A stretch of DNA of 64,000 bases, taken from assembly GCA_018675975.1 (NCBI GenBank), contig JABGXB010000003.1, positions 128,181 to 192,180 of the forward strand, given 5' to 3'. The position numbers and the translations under genes were made by a program. The notes beneath the pieces are model-generated. The model ran no database searches. It was not told the DNA's origin and saw only the letters and a list, made by a program, of their open reading frames with translations. Source of the DNA: Candidatus Woesearchaeota archaeon (lineage in GTDB: Archaea; Nanobdellota; Nanobdellia; Woesearchaeales; JABGXB01). Of the stretch, positions 62,113-64,000 are shown piece after piece; positions within the stretch are counted from its first letter, which is position 1; each line of letters begins with the position of its first letter.

Positions 62113-64000
62113 ATGTTATTCAAATTAAAAAGTAATTTTAAACCATGCGGTGATCAACCAAAAGTAATAGAAGAAATTACAAATAATATAAAAAATAGTC
62201 AAAAAGAAATACAAAAAAATGCTAATAGTATAAAAAAAGTATATAAAGATAAAATAATTAAAGAAAAATTAAAATTAGATTCAATAAATAAAAGTTTTAA
62301 TACAATAGTGGGAGTTACAGGATCTGGTAAAACTTTTGTTATGGCTAATATTATAAAAAATCTAAATAGACCTTGCATAATTCTTGCACAAAATAAAACA
62401 CTTGCGGCACAATTATATAATGAATTTAAATCGTTTTTTCCAAATAATGCAGTAGAGTATTTTATTTCATATTATGATTATTATCAACCTGAAAGCTATA
62501 TACCAAATAAAGATTTATTTATTGAAAAAGAATTAAAGATAAATAAAGAAATTGAAAAATTAAGATTAAAGGCTACTGCAAGTTTAATGAGTAGAAGAGA
62601 TGTTATTATAATTAGTTCAATTAGTTGTATATATGGACTTGGAAATCCAGAGAATTATGAAAATTTTGCAATTTCATTAAAAGTTAAGGATAAAATAAAT
62701 AGAAATGAATTTTTGTTAAATTTAATTAATTTACAATATAATAGAACAGAAATTGATTTAATACAAGGTAAATTTAGAATTAAAGGAGATGTTATTGATA
62801 TATTTCCATCATATATGGATAATTTAATTAGAGTGGAATTTTTTGATGATGAAATTGAATCTATTAAAATATTAGATAAAGTTAGTCTTAATTTAATTGA
62901 AAAAATTGATCAGTTCAAATTATTTCCTGCAAAACATTTTGTAATTAGTGGAGAAGAATTAGAAAAAGCAATTAGTAAAATTGAAATTGAATTAGATGAA
63001 AGAAAAAAAGAAATTGATTCAATTGAGGCACATAGATTAAGTCAAAGAACTAAATATGATATTGAAATGATTAAAGAATTAGGGTATTGTAATGGTATTG
63101 AAAATTATTCAGTATATTTTGATGAAAGAAAAAGAGGTGAGCCACCTTATTGTCTTTTAGATTTTTTTGATAAAGATTTTATATTTTTTATTGATGAGTC
63201 TCACGTTACAATCCCACAAATAAAAGGTATGTATAAAGGTGATTTTTCTCGTAAAAAAAACTTAATTGATCATGGTTTTAGATTACCCAGTGCATATGAT
63301 AATAGACCATTAAAATTTGAAGAAGTTGAAAAATATTTTAAAACAACAATTTGTGTTTCAGCAACACCATCAGAATATGAATTAAAAAATAGTGATAAAA
63401 TAAGTGAATTAATTATTAGGCCAACTGGACTTATTGATCCACCATTAGAAATTTACCCTAGTAAAAATCAAATCGATAAATTAATTGAAGAAATAAATAT
63501 TACTATAAAAAAAGAATTTCGAACTTTAGTAACTACATTAACTAAAAGAATGGCAGAAGATTTAACTGAATATTTATCAAAAGCAGGTATAAAAGTTCGT
63601 TATTTACATAGTGATATTGATGTTATTGAAAGAAGTGAAATTTTAAGACAATTAAGATTAGGTAGTTTTGATGTTCTAGTTGGTATTAATTTATTAAGAG
63701 AAGGTTTAGATTTACCTGAAGTTGCTTTAGTTGCAATATTAGATGCAGATAAGGAAGGGTTTTTGCGGGATACTAAATCTTTAATACAAATATCAGGTAG
63801 AGCTGCACGTAATACGCAAAGTAAAGTTATATTATTTGCAGATAAAAAAACAAATAGCATATCAAATACAATAATAGAAATGAATAGAAGAAGAAAAATA
63901 CAATTAGAATATAATAAAAAAAATAAAATCATTCCAAAAACTATTATTAAAGAAATTCCAGATGAAATAACTACATTAAAATCATTTAAATCTTATGCTA
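62113..64000 (+). CDS. uvrB: Excinuclease ABC subunit B (partial, runs off the window end; not in the ORF track)
   Basis: FKPCGDQP, GVTGSGKT, NKTLAAQLY, YYDYYQPE, DESH, RPTGL, NLLREGLDLPEV, GRAARN. Confidence 0.97.
   Translation, partial: MLFKLKSNFKPCGDQPKVIEEITNNIKNSQKEIQKNANSIKKVYKDKIIKEKLKLDSINKSFNTIVGVTGSGKTFVMANIIKNLNRPCIILAQNKTLAAQLYNEFKSFFPNNAVEYFISYYDYYQPESYIPNKDLFIEKELKINKEIEKLRLKATASLMSRRDVIIISSISCIYGLGNPENYENFAISLKVKDKINRNEFLLNLINLQYNRTEIDLIQGKFRIKGDVIDIFPSYMDNLIRVEFFDDEIESIKILDKVSLNLIEKIDQFKLFPAKHFVISGEELEKAISKIEIELDERKKEIDSIEAHRLSQRTKYDIEMIKELGYCNGIENYSVYFDERKRGEPPYCLLDFFDKDFIFFIDESHVTIPQIKGMYKGDFSRKKNLIDHGFRLPSAYDNRPLKFEEVEKYFKTTICVSATPSEYELKNSDKISELIIRPTGLIDPPLEIYPSKNQIDKLIEEINITIKKEFRTLVTTLTKRMAEDLTEYLSKAGIKVRYLHSDIDVIERSEILRQLRLGSFDVLVGINLLREGLDLPEVALVAILDADKEGFLRDTKSLIQISGRAARNTQSKVILFADKKTNSISNTIIEMNRRRKIQLEYNKKNKIIPKTIIKEIPDEITTLKSFKSYA

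Noticed and set aside
62190..62300. Intein in UvrB
   Set aside because: Only about 30 aa, with no C/S...HN splice motifs.

Overview
Very AT-rich chromosomal segment of an archaeon, most likely DPANN (Woesearchaeota-like). Archaeal markers: Cbf5, ribosomal eL41/eS32, a BHB-intron tRNA, TrmB regulators, a Sec11-type signal peptidase, archaeal-type AsnRS, a PGF-pre-PGF protein, and BRE/TATA promoters about 25 nt upstream of many start codons. Bacterial-type housekeeping genes are mixed in: uvrA, uvrB, gyrB, grpE-dnaK-dnaJ, a single-knuckle MetRS and a DEDDh exonuclease. The window also holds four tRNAs (Glu, Val, Gly, intron-containing Ile-UAU), an SRP RNA, five predicted surface/secreted proteins (up to 3083 aa) and a tRNA-studded variable region (25-35.6 kb) of orphan genes. 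I added five genes missing from the ORF track (1..997, 13173..13319, eL41, an RHH regulator, uvrB). Most notable: an SRP RNA that appears to lack helix 6; tRNA-Ile(UAU); a porin-like beta-barrel candidate in one of two similarly built divergent TrmB cassettes; a structured leader with mutually exclusive pairings before a surface-protein operon; a C-terminal module shared by two giant adhesins; a YqjE/YqjD-like pair. I saw no CRISPR array, integrase, transposase or reverse transcriptase. All family calls come from motif recognition by eye, not database searches.
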